Source: Thermoplasmata archaeon (GTDB lineage Archaea; Thermoplasmatota; Thermoplasmata; UBA10834). From it: a DNA stretch of 53,950 nucleotides. Of this stretch, positions 10,466-18,943 are shown piece after piece. The position numbers and the translations under genes are program-made. The stretch's first letter is position 1. Every line of letters starts with the position of its first letter. Location: positions 1 through 53,950 of the forward strand of contig JBASRQ010000165.1 of NCBI GenBank assembly GCA_049273895.1, given 5' to 3'. The notes beneath the pieces were generated by a model, which was not told the DNA's origin, searched no databases, and was given only the letters and a program-made list of their open reading frames with translations.

Positions 10466-11218
10466 ATGCGGACAATCGGACTGCTGACTGAGGACCCCAG
10501 GACTTATTTTGAGATGCTCGAAGCCCTCCGAGAACAGGGGTTGAAGGTGGTGTCTCTGGATTTCGGCGAATCGGTGCCCGCCAATGTCGGTGTGATCATT
10601 ACAACCGAAGAGGAGAAGGACAAGATCTCCTTCGACAAGATCGTGACCGACTCCGACCCGGATGCGGCGATTGCGCGAGCAAAGATGATGCTGCCCACCG
10701 AGAGCTCGGTCGGCGAACTGACGATTGGTATCGATCCCGGCGTCAGGCCAGGAGTAGCAGTTCTGGGAGACGGGGTAGTGCTGATGAGATCTCTAGCGAA
10801 ATCTCCCGAGGCTGTCAGGGAATTGGTGACCGAAGTAGTCCGGGAATATCCCGATGCGAATGTTGTCGTGAGGATTGGCCACGGCGACCGAACTAACAGG
10901 AACAGGATCTTCAACACTCTCTGGGACGAGGGACACATGCTGGAGATCGTGGACGAGAGGAACACAACTAAGAAGTCTCACACGCCCGACGAGGATGCTG
11001 CAGTTGAAATCGCAATGACGCCAGGCTACAAGCCGAAAAAGAAGCAAGAGACGGACCCGTGCCCCGGAGAAATCAGGAACATCCAACGCATAAGCCGCCT
11101 GGAGAGCTCAGGGAGCGTGACGGTCTCAAAAGCGCTGGCCAGGAAGGTCGCCAAGGGGGAGCTCACATTGAGCGATGCCATCGACATCCAGAAGAACGGC
11201 TCAAATGAGGCCGGCTAG
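10466..11218 (+). CDS. conserved archaeal protein, possible RNase H-fold (RuvC/YqgF-like) nuclease
   Basis: IGIDPGVRPGVAVLGDG resembles the first acidic strand of RuvC/YqgF-type nucleases. A TATA-like cctatttatcc (10431-10441) ends about 25 nt before the ATG. Confidence 0.4.
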   Translation: MRTIGLLTEDPRTYFEMLEALREQGLKVVSLDFGESVPANVGVIITTEEEKDKISFDKIVTDSDPDAAIARAKMMLPTESSVGELTIGIDPGVRPGVAVLGDGVVLMRSLAKSPEAVRELVTEVVREYPDANVVVRIGHGDRTNRNRIFNTLWDEGHMLEIVDERNTTKKSHTPDEDAAVEIAMTPGYKPKKKQETDPCPGEIRNIQRISRLESSGSVTVSKALARKVAKGELTLSDAIDIQKNGSNEAG

Positions 11219-12174
11219 AACAAGTGCTTCTCTGTCAACTTCGCGCAGCCACCAACGCCACATCTGATCGTCTCTATGCCCAATTCCTTGATTCGTTCTT
11301 CGACCTCGCGGACATGCTTAGGCTTCGTGTTAACGTAGACCGTGGCACCGGTATCGATTGAGAAGTAAGCAGGAAGCCCTTCCGAACGCATCTTCCTGAC
11401 TTCGAGGATCACCTTCACCGTCTCGGGTCGCCAGAGCATCATCTCGTCAACACTGGTCATCGTTATTCCGTGCAATATGAGGGAATCGCGCTCCGCGAGG
11501 ATCCCGATTTTCTCAATGCTGTGTTTTCGAATCGCATTCTCCATTTCAGCAAGAGCGCCATGAACGAAGGCCAACCTTGAATGAAAGAACGGAGAGGTCA
11601 GCACGGCTTTGTGCGCATTCTCGGTGAACTTGAATGCTGGTATCAAAGCGACCACGATGCCCATCTGGAAATCCTCAGAAGCAATCTGGTATGCGTAGGA
11701 TTCCTCGTCCTCGAATCCTGCCCTCCAACGAGAGAACGCGCCCGTGACGGATCGTGTGGCGGAGCCCGCACCTCTCCGTGCAATGACAGAGAGCCGTTCG
11801 AGAGAGAGTTTCAGTCCTGAGGCCTTTGATGCTGCGACCGCCAGCGCCGCAAAACCCGATGCCGAAGCGCCGAGACCAACGTTCGATGGGAAGTTGTTCT
11901 TCGAGACCATCTTGAACCTGAATTCCAGGCCGCTTCTTCTCCTCACCTCATCCACGACGCTAATGACACGTTCGAGCTCTCGACCAGAAAGCTTCTTTCC
12001 GTCGACAAAAGCGGTGTCTTTCTTGAACCTGCCGAATTCCAGAGTGGTGTGTGAAGCTGTCGGAGAAGTGGCCACGGATATGGAATCATGAAATGGTATC
12101 CTCAGCTTCTCGTCTTTGAGACCGTGGTACTTTATCAATCCCTGAATCGGGTGAGCGATTGCTGAGCCCTTCAT
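11215..12174 (-). CDS. diphosphomevalonate decarboxylase family (GHMP kinase superfamily) enzyme of the mevalonate pathway
   Basis: The N-terminal HPIQGLIKYHGLKDEKLRIP matches the MVD-family IALIKYWGKRD motif. The GHMP-type Gly/Ser loop NVGLGASASGFAAL is present. Confidence 0.7.
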   Translation of the reverse strand: MKGSAIAHPIQGLIKYHGLKDEKLRIPFHDSISVATSPTASHTTLEFGRFKKDTAFVDGKKLSGRELERVISVVDEVRRRSGLEFRFKMVSKNNFPSNVGLGASASGFAALAVAASKASGLKLSLERLSVIARRGAGSATRSVTGAFSRWRAGFEDEESYAYQIASEDFQMGIVVALIPAFKFTENAHKAVLTSPFFHSRLAFVHGALAEMENAIRKHSIEKIGILAERDSLILHGITMTSVDEMMLWRPETVKVILEVRKMRSEGLPAYFSIDTGATVYVNTKPKHVREVEERIKELGIETIRCGVGGCAKLTEKHLF

Positions 12175-12183
12175 CGAGTCACC

Positions 12184-12588
12184 TCACACATCGAACAGAA
12201 CGGTGATGGTCCCCTCTTCGTCGTCAAACTCGAGACGATGATAGGTAATGCCCTTGACAACCGACCTCTTCGGGTGCTTTCTTTCGTCGAACTTCTCCCC
12301 CTTTACATGAGCTTCGAGCTCTTTGCCATCAGTCTTCACTTCGAATTCGCCAAATACGAGGTCCTCAGTATCGTGGATGAACAGCAACTCCTGCAGGAAG
12401 TCCACCAAAAGCTGCTCTCTGTTCTCCGCTTTGAGCACAATCTTCATCTCACCCCGAGGCTCCACCTTGCTGACATCGGTTATCTGGTCGAACATCGCAT
12501 ACGCCGCGTTCGCAAACCTCTCATCGAGCGTGTCCCCAAACACCTCCACCATCGCATCGGCCGTGTGCTCAAGTGTCCTATATCTCAT
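12184..12588 (-). CDS. archease (RtcB activator)
   Basis: MRYRTLEHTADAMVEVFG...VKGITYHRLEF is the typical archease signature (EHTAD, ITYH). Confidence 0.88.
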   Translation of the reverse strand: MRYRTLEHTADAMVEVFGDTLDERFANAAYAMFDQITDVSKVEPRGEMKIVLKAENREQLLVDFLQELLFIHDTEDLVFGEFEVKTDGKELEAHVKGEKFDERKHPKRSVVKGITYHRLEFDDEEGTITVLFDV

Positions 12589-12621
12589 CGTGCCAGCAAG
12601 ACCATTGTCGATATATCAAGT

Positions 12622-13311
12622 CTATGTCTTCGCTAAGCGCACGAAGAAATCACAATATCCAGAAATCCGACAGACGGAGCAGCGCGGCCTTCTCGCCTTG
12701 CATATTGCTCTTCCGTGTTCAATCAGGTTTATGTGGAAATTGAAGAACTCGGCTCTCGGCACAAGCGTGGCCAGCTCCGTTTGCGCTCGCTCCCTCGTCG
12801 CTTCTGGGCCGATGAGTCCTATGCGCCGCGTAACTCTGTGGATGTGCGTGTCAACTGGAAAGGCGGGCATTCCTAAAGAGAACAAGAGCACGATCGACCT
12901 CGTTTTTGGACCCACACCTTTCATCTGTGCCAACCAGGACTCGGCCGTCCGAGGACTTATTTCTCTGAGGAAGCTGAGGTCAAGGGCACCTCTTTCTCTC
13001 TTGATGAAGTCCAGCGCATCCAGAATCCTCGAGGCTTTTATTCCGGCCAGGCCTCCTGAGCGGATTATCTTGGCGATCTTGACCGAATCCTCGCCCATCA
13101 TGTCGTTCCAGCTCGGATACGCCTTTCTCAGCGCCACGAAAGCCCTATGGGAATTCTTATCAGTGGTATTCTGGGACAGAATCGTTTCTATGAGCGTGTC
13201 CAACGGATCCTCGTCTAGCTCGACCTCCTTCCTGCCGTAGATAATCGTGAGAATCCGGTCTATCTTTGCTGCCTTTCGCCTCAGGACGGCAGGCCGATGA
13301 GAGGGTGTCAT
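12622..13311 (-). CDS. nth: endonuclease III (HhH-GPD DNA glycosylase/lyase)
   Basis: ETILSQNT, HhH GVGPKT, PVDTHIHRV and the 4Fe-4S cluster loop CKARRPRCSVCRISGYC (C-x6-C-x2-C-x5-C). Confidence 0.9.
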   Translation of the reverse strand: MTPSHRPAVLRRKAAKIDRILTIIYGRKEVELDEDPLDTLIETILSQNTTDKNSHRAFVALRKAYPSWNDMMGEDSVKIAKIIRSGGLAGIKASRILDALDFIKRERGALDLSFLREISPRTAESWLAQMKGVGPKTRSIVLLFSLGMPAFPVDTHIHRVTRRIGLIGPEATRERAQTELATLVPRAEFFNFHINLIEHGRAICKARRPRCSVCRISGYCDFFVRLAKT

Positions 13312-13406
13312 TCAGTTTCTCTCAGCGTAACGAGAGACCCGCACAAATACTATGCGCATGGGAACGAGATGTGACTGGCCAGTTGAAGAGCCTCCTGCAG
13401 TGAAAG

Positions 13407-13417
13407 CTTTTATATCC
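13407..13417 (+). promoter_or_regulatory. TATA box for the aspartate dehydrogenase gene (leaderless geometry)
   Basis: cttttatatcc ends about 24 nt before GTG 13439, which starts the Rossmann motif VNICVIGCGAIG. Confidence 0.55.
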
Positions 13418-13438
13418 TCCTGCGCTCTGTTTTCGGCC

Positions 13439-14245
13439 GTGAACATCTGCGTCATAGGCTGCGGAGCAATCGGGACGACGATTGCGCGCGCGGTCGAACC
13501 GATGCATGATATCGGAATCGTCTACTTGACGGATCGATCGAAGGAGTGCGCCACGAGACTTCAGGAGAAGATGACCAAGGTCAGGTATGTCCCGGACATC
13601 GTCCCGATACTGACCGACATCAAGCTGGTTGTCGAGGCCGCAAGCCAAGACGCAGCTAGATACTACGTTCCTTTGGCGCTGTCTGCAGGTGTCGATGTCC
13701 TGATCATGAGCGTCGGGGTCTTCCAGGACGAGGAGTTCCAAAACGATGCCTTCAGGCTCGCAAAGCGCAAGGGCGCCAAGATCTACATGCCGAGCGGTGC
13801 CATCGGCGGGATAGACGCTTTGGGCGCCGCAAGCCTCGAGCAGATCGACGAGGTGACCCTCACTACGACCAAACCGCCCTCGGCCTTTGGACCGAACCCC
13901 TATCTGGAGTCGAAAGGCATAGTCGCCTCGGAACTGCGGGAGAGGACCGAGCTTTTCTTTGGAACAGCAAGGGAGGCGGTCAAGCATTTCCCCCAGAATA
14001 TCAATGTCGCTGCAACCATATCGCTGGCCGGGATAGGCTTCGAGAAGACTCGAATAAGGATAATGTGCGACCCTCAGGTCCAGACGAACGAACACCATCT
14101 GAAGGCGAAGGGCAAGTTCGGAGAGCTCGATGTAGTTACCAGGAACGTGCCCTCACCGAGGAACCCGAAGACTAGTTACCTAGCTGCACTCTCAGCGATT
14201 GCCGCTATCAAGAAGATCACTGGAAGCACATGGGTCGGCGTTTAG
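13439..14245 (+). CDS. nadX: L-aspartate dehydrogenase
   Basis: NICVIGCGAIGTTIA Rossmann start, SGAIGGIDAL, and C-terminal NVAATISLAGIG...HHLKAKGKFGE typical of NadX. The start was moved from track 13352 to GTG 13439 on promoter geometry. Confidence 0.8.
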   Translation: MNICVIGCGAIGTTIARAVEPMHDIGIVYLTDRSKECATRLQEKMTKVRYVPDIVPILTDIKLVVEAASQDAARYYVPLALSAGVDVLIMSVGVFQDEEFQNDAFRLAKRKGAKIYMPSGAIGGIDALGAASLEQIDEVTLTTTKPPSAFGPNPYLESKGIVASELRERTELFFGTAREAVKHFPQNINVAATISLAGIGFEKTRIRIMCDPQVQTNEHHLKAKGKFGELDVVTRNVPSPRNPKTSYLAALSAIAAIKKITGSTWVGV

Positions 14246-14299
14246 CCAGCATCAGCTCTTTATACGCTCAATCGCATTAAGCGGAGCTGTCGTGATCGC

Positions 14300-15385
14300 T
14301 TGGCAGGAAGGGAGAAGAGGATTTTCTCGACACTCAAGACAGACGTGGATGCAATCGTTCTCACGAATGCCTCTGAACCCAACCTGGACCTGAGCTTCTT
14401 CTACGCGACGGGCATAGTAAACGGTCTGTTCGAGGATTGCGTTGCCATTGTGACGCATAGAGGAGTTGAGGTTCTTTCATCGGAGCTGGAGGAGCTGAGT
14501 GCGAGAATGGCTGGAGCCAAGACCACCGTGTTCCAGACGAGGAAGCAACGCGATGAACTGCTCACGAGAAGGCTGAAAGGGCACGGGAGGATTGGGATCA
14601 ACTCAAAGGAGCTGACCCACGCCAACTACCTGTTCATAAAGAAGTGCGCCAAGGGAGCTAGGTTAATTGATGTGTCCGAGGCCATTGGAAATGCCAGAAT
14701 GATCAAGGATGCGGAGGAGGTCTCTCGTATCAAGAAGGCCTGCGACATCACAAGCAGAACTGCAGAGAAGATCCCGGGCCTCGTGACGGAAGGACAAATG
14801 GAAACAGAGGCCGCGGCGGAGCTCAACTACATGATGATGAAGCTGGGGGCGACGCGCATGGCTTTCGACACGAACGCATCATTCGGCCCTTCGACCGCGG
14901 AGCCTCATTACGTTCCTGCATCGCGAAAGCTCAGGAAAGGCCAGTTCGCGCTGTTCGATTTCGGCGCGTCGTATAAAAAATACGCAGCCGACCTGACGAG
15001 GACCTTCGTGTGTTCCAGGGCGAACGCAAAGCAGAAGGAAATGTACAGTATCGTTCTCAAAGCCCAGCTGGCCGCAATCGATAAGATCCGCGATGGCGTG
15101 CAAGGCAAGGAAGTGGACCAGGCGGCCCGGAAGATAATCGACGGATCGAAGTTCAAAGGAAGATTCATTCACAGCACGGGTCACGGAATAGGTTTGTCGG
15201 TCCATGACCCCGGGGCGATATCATCCGTCAGGGACATGACCTTGAGAGAAGGGATGGTCCTCACGGTTGAGCCGGGGGTTTACGAGAGAAACTTCGGGGG
15301 CGTGCGAATTGAAGACGACGTTCTAGTCACCAAGAAGGGGTGCCGAGTACTGACAACCGCCCCCAAGGAGTTCCTGACCGTCTAA
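14300..15385 (+). CDS. M24-family Xaa-Pro aminopeptidase
   Basis: The metal-ligand pattern is DFGASYKKYAADLTRT, HSTGHGIGLSVHD, VEPGVY, GGVRIEDDV. Confidence 0.88.
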   Translation: MAGREKRIFSTLKTDVDAIVLTNASEPNLDLSFFYATGIVNGLFEDCVAIVTHRGVEVLSSELEELSARMAGAKTTVFQTRKQRDELLTRRLKGHGRIGINSKELTHANYLFIKKCAKGARLIDVSEAIGNARMIKDAEEVSRIKKACDITSRTAEKIPGLVTEGQMETEAAAELNYMMMKLGATRMAFDTNASFGPSTAEPHYVPASRKLRKGQFALFDFGASYKKYAADLTRTFVCSRANAKQKEMYSIVLKAQLAAIDKIRDGVQGKEVDQAARKIIDGSKFKGRFIHSTGHGIGLSVHDPGAISSVRDMTLREGMVLTVEPGVYERNFGGVRIEDDVLVTKKGCRVLTTAPKEFLTV

Positions 15386-15780
15386 AACAACGACAACATC
15401 TGGATATCGGCCAGCCGTCTTCCGAGCTGGTCGACTATGTAGATGAGCACAACGCCGATCAGAGAGATGACTATAGATGCGAGCCACTCGTCATTGACCG
15501 TGAGCTCGTCGACCATGATGAACCTGACAGCAATGATTAGGAGCACGAACGCGAACAGGAGACCCAGATCTCCGAGATCGAACTTGCCCATCGCATCTCT
15601 GAACACTGGGATGACGACAACTGCGATCAATGAGACGACAAGGATCCTGAGGAAGTAAGACCCCTGAGCACCCCAATCCCCGCTCACAATTGCGCCACTA
15701 ATGTAGAAGATGATCGAGACAAGCGCAATGGCGACGACCAAAAGGACGAGCTGCCCGAGATCCATGGTTCCACTAGACAC
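15382..15780 (-). CDS. small integral membrane protein (about four hydrophobic segments)
   Basis: Hydrophobic stretches run throughout (LVLLVVAIALVSIIFYI, ILVVSLIAVVVIPV, LLFAFVLLIIAV, IVISLIGVVLIYIV). No recognisable family. Confidence 0.6.
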   Translation of the reverse strand: MSSGTMDLGQLVLLVVAIALVSIIFYISGAIVSGDWGAQGSYFLRILVVSLIAVVVIPVFRDAMGKFDLGDLGLLFAFVLLIIAVRFIMVDELTVNDEWLASIVISLIGVVLIYIVDQLGRRLADIQMLSLF

Positions 15781-15820
15781 GGTACTGCCTAGATTGGAGA
15801 TATCTCTTTCTGCGGAGCTT

Positions 15821-16402
15821 CTACCACTTCCTGGGCATCGCCAGGATCTCTCTCACCTGGAAATTGAAGAAACCATTTGCATGAGCGGGTCTCACGACAC
15901 ACGCAGTGTCGGCACCGGAACCGGATCCCGCAACAGCGATCACCTCCACCTCCCCGCAAGGGATAGCTCCGTTGTCCGCTGCCATGATCGTTACCTCCAC
16001 GCAGACTTTCATCCCCTGGCCGAATAATGCGCGCAGTGCCTCTGCGACCGTCTCAACGCGAGAGGCGCCCCCCACCTTTCGATTGATCGACCGCTCAACC
16101 CCTGAGAGAACATGCGAGGCGCGAACCACCTTGGCCCCCGACTCAATGAGCTCTTCCTCAACATCTTTGCTCATCTCACTCTCGCCTTCTTTCTCAGAGC
16201 CGCATTGCGAGGTGACAACAGCAACACCGGCTCCGGTTCCCTTCAGCCTCGAGATCAACTTCCTCGCTGTGTCACCAGTCGTGCTGGCAACGACCACGTT
16301 CTTGATGTCTCCTCTCTTCATCCGATCCGCGACGATTCCCATGATCTCATCTGTGTTCTCCGCTCCTGGATGCTCGAAGTAGAAGATTGATGATTTCGCC
16401 AT
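15821..16402 (-). CDS. pyruvate kinase alpha/beta (C-terminal) domain-like protein
   Basis: IFYFEHPGAENTDEIMGIVADRMKRGDIKNVVVASTTGDTA...VCVEVTIMAADNG...AVAGSGSGADTA matches the standalone archaeal PK_C-like family as I recall it. Confidence 0.6.
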   Translation of the reverse strand: MAKSSIFYFEHPGAENTDEIMGIVADRMKRGDIKNVVVASTTGDTARKLISRLKGTGAGVAVVTSQCGSEKEGESEMSKDVEEELIESGAKVVRASHVLSGVERSINRKVGGASRVETVAEALRALFGQGMKVCVEVTIMAADNGAIPCGEVEVIAVAGSGSGADTACVVRPAHANGFFNFQVREILAMPRKW

Positions 16403-16505
16403 GATCTGACCGTACTGGCATGATCTAGAGTGGATATAGCGATTGCCATAACTACGTAGGGGGGCCAGGAAACGCTTATTTACGGAGAGCTAGCTTCGGA
16501 CACGT

Positions 16506-17513
16506 GTGGCCATCTTCTTCAATGAGGAGTTTCTGGGTCACGTGCAAGACCCATTTCACCCTGAATCTCCCGAGAGACTCAAAGGGATTATGCAGAAGCT
16601 CAAGGAGCACGGTCTCTGGAGGAATGTGATCCCATCCAAGACTGGAAAACTGGAGACATTGCTTCTGGTCCACAGCGAAGACTATGTTGACTTCATCAGA
16701 AATTGCGGGGATTGCAGCCTCACACTGGACACACAAGTCCATCACGAAACCTACGGAATCGCAGCCTTGTCTGCGGAATGCGCAGTCGACGCAGCAAAGT
16801 ACTCAAAGGAACAGGGAAAGCCAGCGTTCGCGCTGACACGTCCGCCTGGCCATCATGCCGGGAAGGACTACGGGATGGGCTTCTGCTACTTCAACAACAT
16901 CTCAATCGCTGCAAGATACCTGCGGAAGACGGGAGACAAGAGGATTGCGATCGTGGATGTAGATGTTCATCATGGCAATGGAACGCAGGAGATATTCGCG
17001 ATGGACCCTTCGATCCTCTACATCTCGACACACCAGGCAGGCATATTCCCCGGGACAGGCCCCGTGGAGTACGTTGGGAAGGGAGACGGCGAAGGCTACA
17101 ATGTTAACATGCCCTTCCAGTCGGGATGCGGCGACTCCACATTCGATGTGGCCTTTGAAGAAGTCGTGAAGCCCGTTGTGAATGAATTCAAGCCAGACGC
17201 GATGCTTGTTAGCTGGGGAATGGACACGCACTACCGTGATACCTTGGCATCACTGACCCTCAGTTCCGAGGGTCATGTCAGGCAAGCTGAGCAACTGATC
17301 AAGCTTTCGGAGATATGCGGCAACCGCATAACATTCATGTTGGAAGGAGGCTACGACATCCAAGCACTGTCAGAAGTTGTGGCTGGCGTTATCGGGAGAA
17401 CCGAAGGTGTGGAAGTTCCTCTGGCGTTCACTGACATAATCGACAACAGCTGCCTCGGAAGGGGGACTATCATCAGGTGCAAGCAGATAGTTTCCAAGTA
17501 CTGGAAACTATAG
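16506..17513 (+). CDS. histone deacetylase-family (AcuC/HDAC-type) deacetylase
   Basis: RPPGHHA, DVDVHHGNGTQEIF and EGGY. The TATA-like gcttatttac (16475-16484) lies about 22 nt before GTG 16506. Confidence 0.88.
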   Translation: MAIFFNEEFLGHVQDPFHPESPERLKGIMQKLKEHGLWRNVIPSKTGKLETLLLVHSEDYVDFIRNCGDCSLTLDTQVHHETYGIAALSAECAVDAAKYSKEQGKPAFALTRPPGHHAGKDYGMGFCYFNNISIAARYLRKTGDKRIAIVDVDVHHGNGTQEIFAMDPSILYISTHQAGIFPGTGPVEYVGKGDGEGYNVNMPFQSGCGDSTFDVAFEEVVKPVVNEFKPDAMLVSWGMDTHYRDTLASLTLSSEGHVRQAEQLIKLSEICGNRITFMLEGGYDIQALSEVVAGVIGRTEGVEVPLAFTDIIDNSCLGRGTIIRCKQIVSKYWKL

Positions 17514-18674
17514 ACTTGTGTTCTTCCTTCTGAGATCTAGTGTCTTCTCGTGCTCGCGCTTCACGGTTTTCTCGAGCTGATCAAGCAGCGCGTCCATAGT
17601 CCTGTAGATATCCCAGTCCGTCTGGCTCGCGTAGTACATGCTCCGATCCGTCGTCAGCCTCGCGTGAATGCTGAACTTGCTCCGGAGTCCCTCATGGTGG
17701 TATGTCTGAATGTGCACCGTGAAGACGCGCGGGAACTGAATCTTATCGATCCGCTTCATCGATTTCTCAATCAGATCGTAAAGGACACTGTACACGTCAG
17801 GGTCTTCCTCGACAAGCCCGGTTATCTGAACGTACACGCCCTCCCTCTTCTTGAGGCTGATCACCTGTTCCATAAGGTCTGCCTGAGAGACGACTCCCAC
17901 GAGCTTTTCTCCCTCATGGACGAAGATGGTGGCGAGGCCCTTTTCGACCATCAATGATGCGACCTTGCCTATGGTGTCATCGGGAGAGACTGCGATCGCT
18001 GGCCGGCTCATGATGCTGCCGACTGCGATGTCAGGAGGTTCCTTGTCGCTGCCAATCAGTTCACTGTACGGCCTTGAGCCCTTGGGCGACCAGATAATCT
18101 CCATGACCTCGTGCATGCTTACTGCGCCGACCAGCCTGCCGCCGTTGTCGATAACCGGGAGTGTCTTCTCCATAAGGCCCTTCATCAGCATCTGGGCCCT
18201 GCGAACGCTCTCCTTCTCAGTGACAGCTTGGGGGTTTTTCGTCATGAACTCCATGACCTTCTTGTTCTTCAGCTGGTCCACATTGGGCAATATCCTGATG
18301 ATGTCGGTCCTCGAGACGAAACCGACCATCTTGTCATTCCTCACAACAGGAGCGCCTCTGACTCCAGAGGCCATCATCTCCTCGACGGCGTTGGTGACGG
18401 GCATGTCCTCCTCTAGCCTGGGCGCCGGACGCATGACCTGCTCCACTTTCGAGGAAAGCGGCAGGCTCCTCCTCAGAAGGAAGGACGAGTAACTCACGAG
18501 GCCGACGGGCTTGTTCCCCTCCAAGACAGGGATTTCTCTCAGCCGATCTTTCTTCATCCGAGATATGACGTCTGATAGTATCTCTCCTTTGTTGGCCGTC
18601 ACTGCAGCCGAACTCATTACGTCCCTTACGAGAAGCTGGACGATGTCAATTCCATTCAAACTAAACACATCCAC
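17508..18674 (-). CDS. four-CBS-domain protein with C-terminal HPF/RaiA (S30AE)-like domain
   Basis: There are four repeats of the CBS pattern (for example VRDVMSSAAVT...LREIPVLE). The last ~100 aa (VYVQITGLVEEDPDVYSVLYDLIEKSMKRIDK...SQTDWDIYRTMDALLDQLEKTVKREHEK) align by eye to E. coli HPF. Confidence 0.65.
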   Translation of the reverse strand: MDVFSLNGIDIVQLLVRDVMSSAAVTANKGEILSDVISRMKKDRLREIPVLEGNKPVGLVSYSSFLLRRSLPLSSKVEQVMRPAPRLEEDMPVTNAVEEMMASGVRGAPVVRNDKMVGFVSRTDIIRILPNVDQLKNKKVMEFMTKNPQAVTEKESVRRAQMLMKGLMEKTLPVIDNGGRLVGAVSMHEVMEIIWSPKGSRPYSELIGSDKEPPDIAVGSIMSRPAIAVSPDDTIGKVASLMVEKGLATIFVHEGEKLVGVVSQADLMEQVISLKKREGVYVQITGLVEEDPDVYSVLYDLIEKSMKRIDKIQFPRVFTVHIQTYHHEGLRSKFSIHARLTTDRSMYYASQTDWDIYRTMDALLDQLEKTVKREHEKTLDLRRKNTSL

Positions 18675-18943
18675 TTAGGATTCTGCGGTGCAAAAACACG
18701 GCCGAACTCCATTTCGTTTCTGCTAAGCGTGTTCCGTCTCTAAATACTTTCGACACTGCTAGGTTCGGTACTCATTTATACCGTTCGCTCAATCTGGTAG
18801 AATGGGCAGAAGGGGTCCGACTGCCCAGGCATCTATTTGGGCGGAGAATCGGGACTGTGGAAGAGAACTCGGACGACTCCAGTTGCCTGCACAAGGCGGT
18901 CACGGATGGCCTTCGTGGTCCGGCGGCAAGGACAATCAGCGGG

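Noticed and set aside
12323-13240. 305-aa ORF antisense to the archease and nth genes.
   Set aside because: Both opposite-strand genes carry diagnostic motifs (EHTAD; HhH-GPD plus the Fe-S loop). The antisense product is Ser-rich with no recognisable domain.
18857-18943. N-terminal extensions implied by the longest-ORF starts of the track (pgk 18857, ths 4891, grpE 6627, nadX 13352, GfcR-like 20853, MGMT-EndoV 22826, trxB 39099, wHTH 43379).
   Set aside because: The extensions are Arg/Ser/Gly-rich and non-conserved-looking. The internal starts coincide with canonical family N-termini and with SD or TATA geometry.
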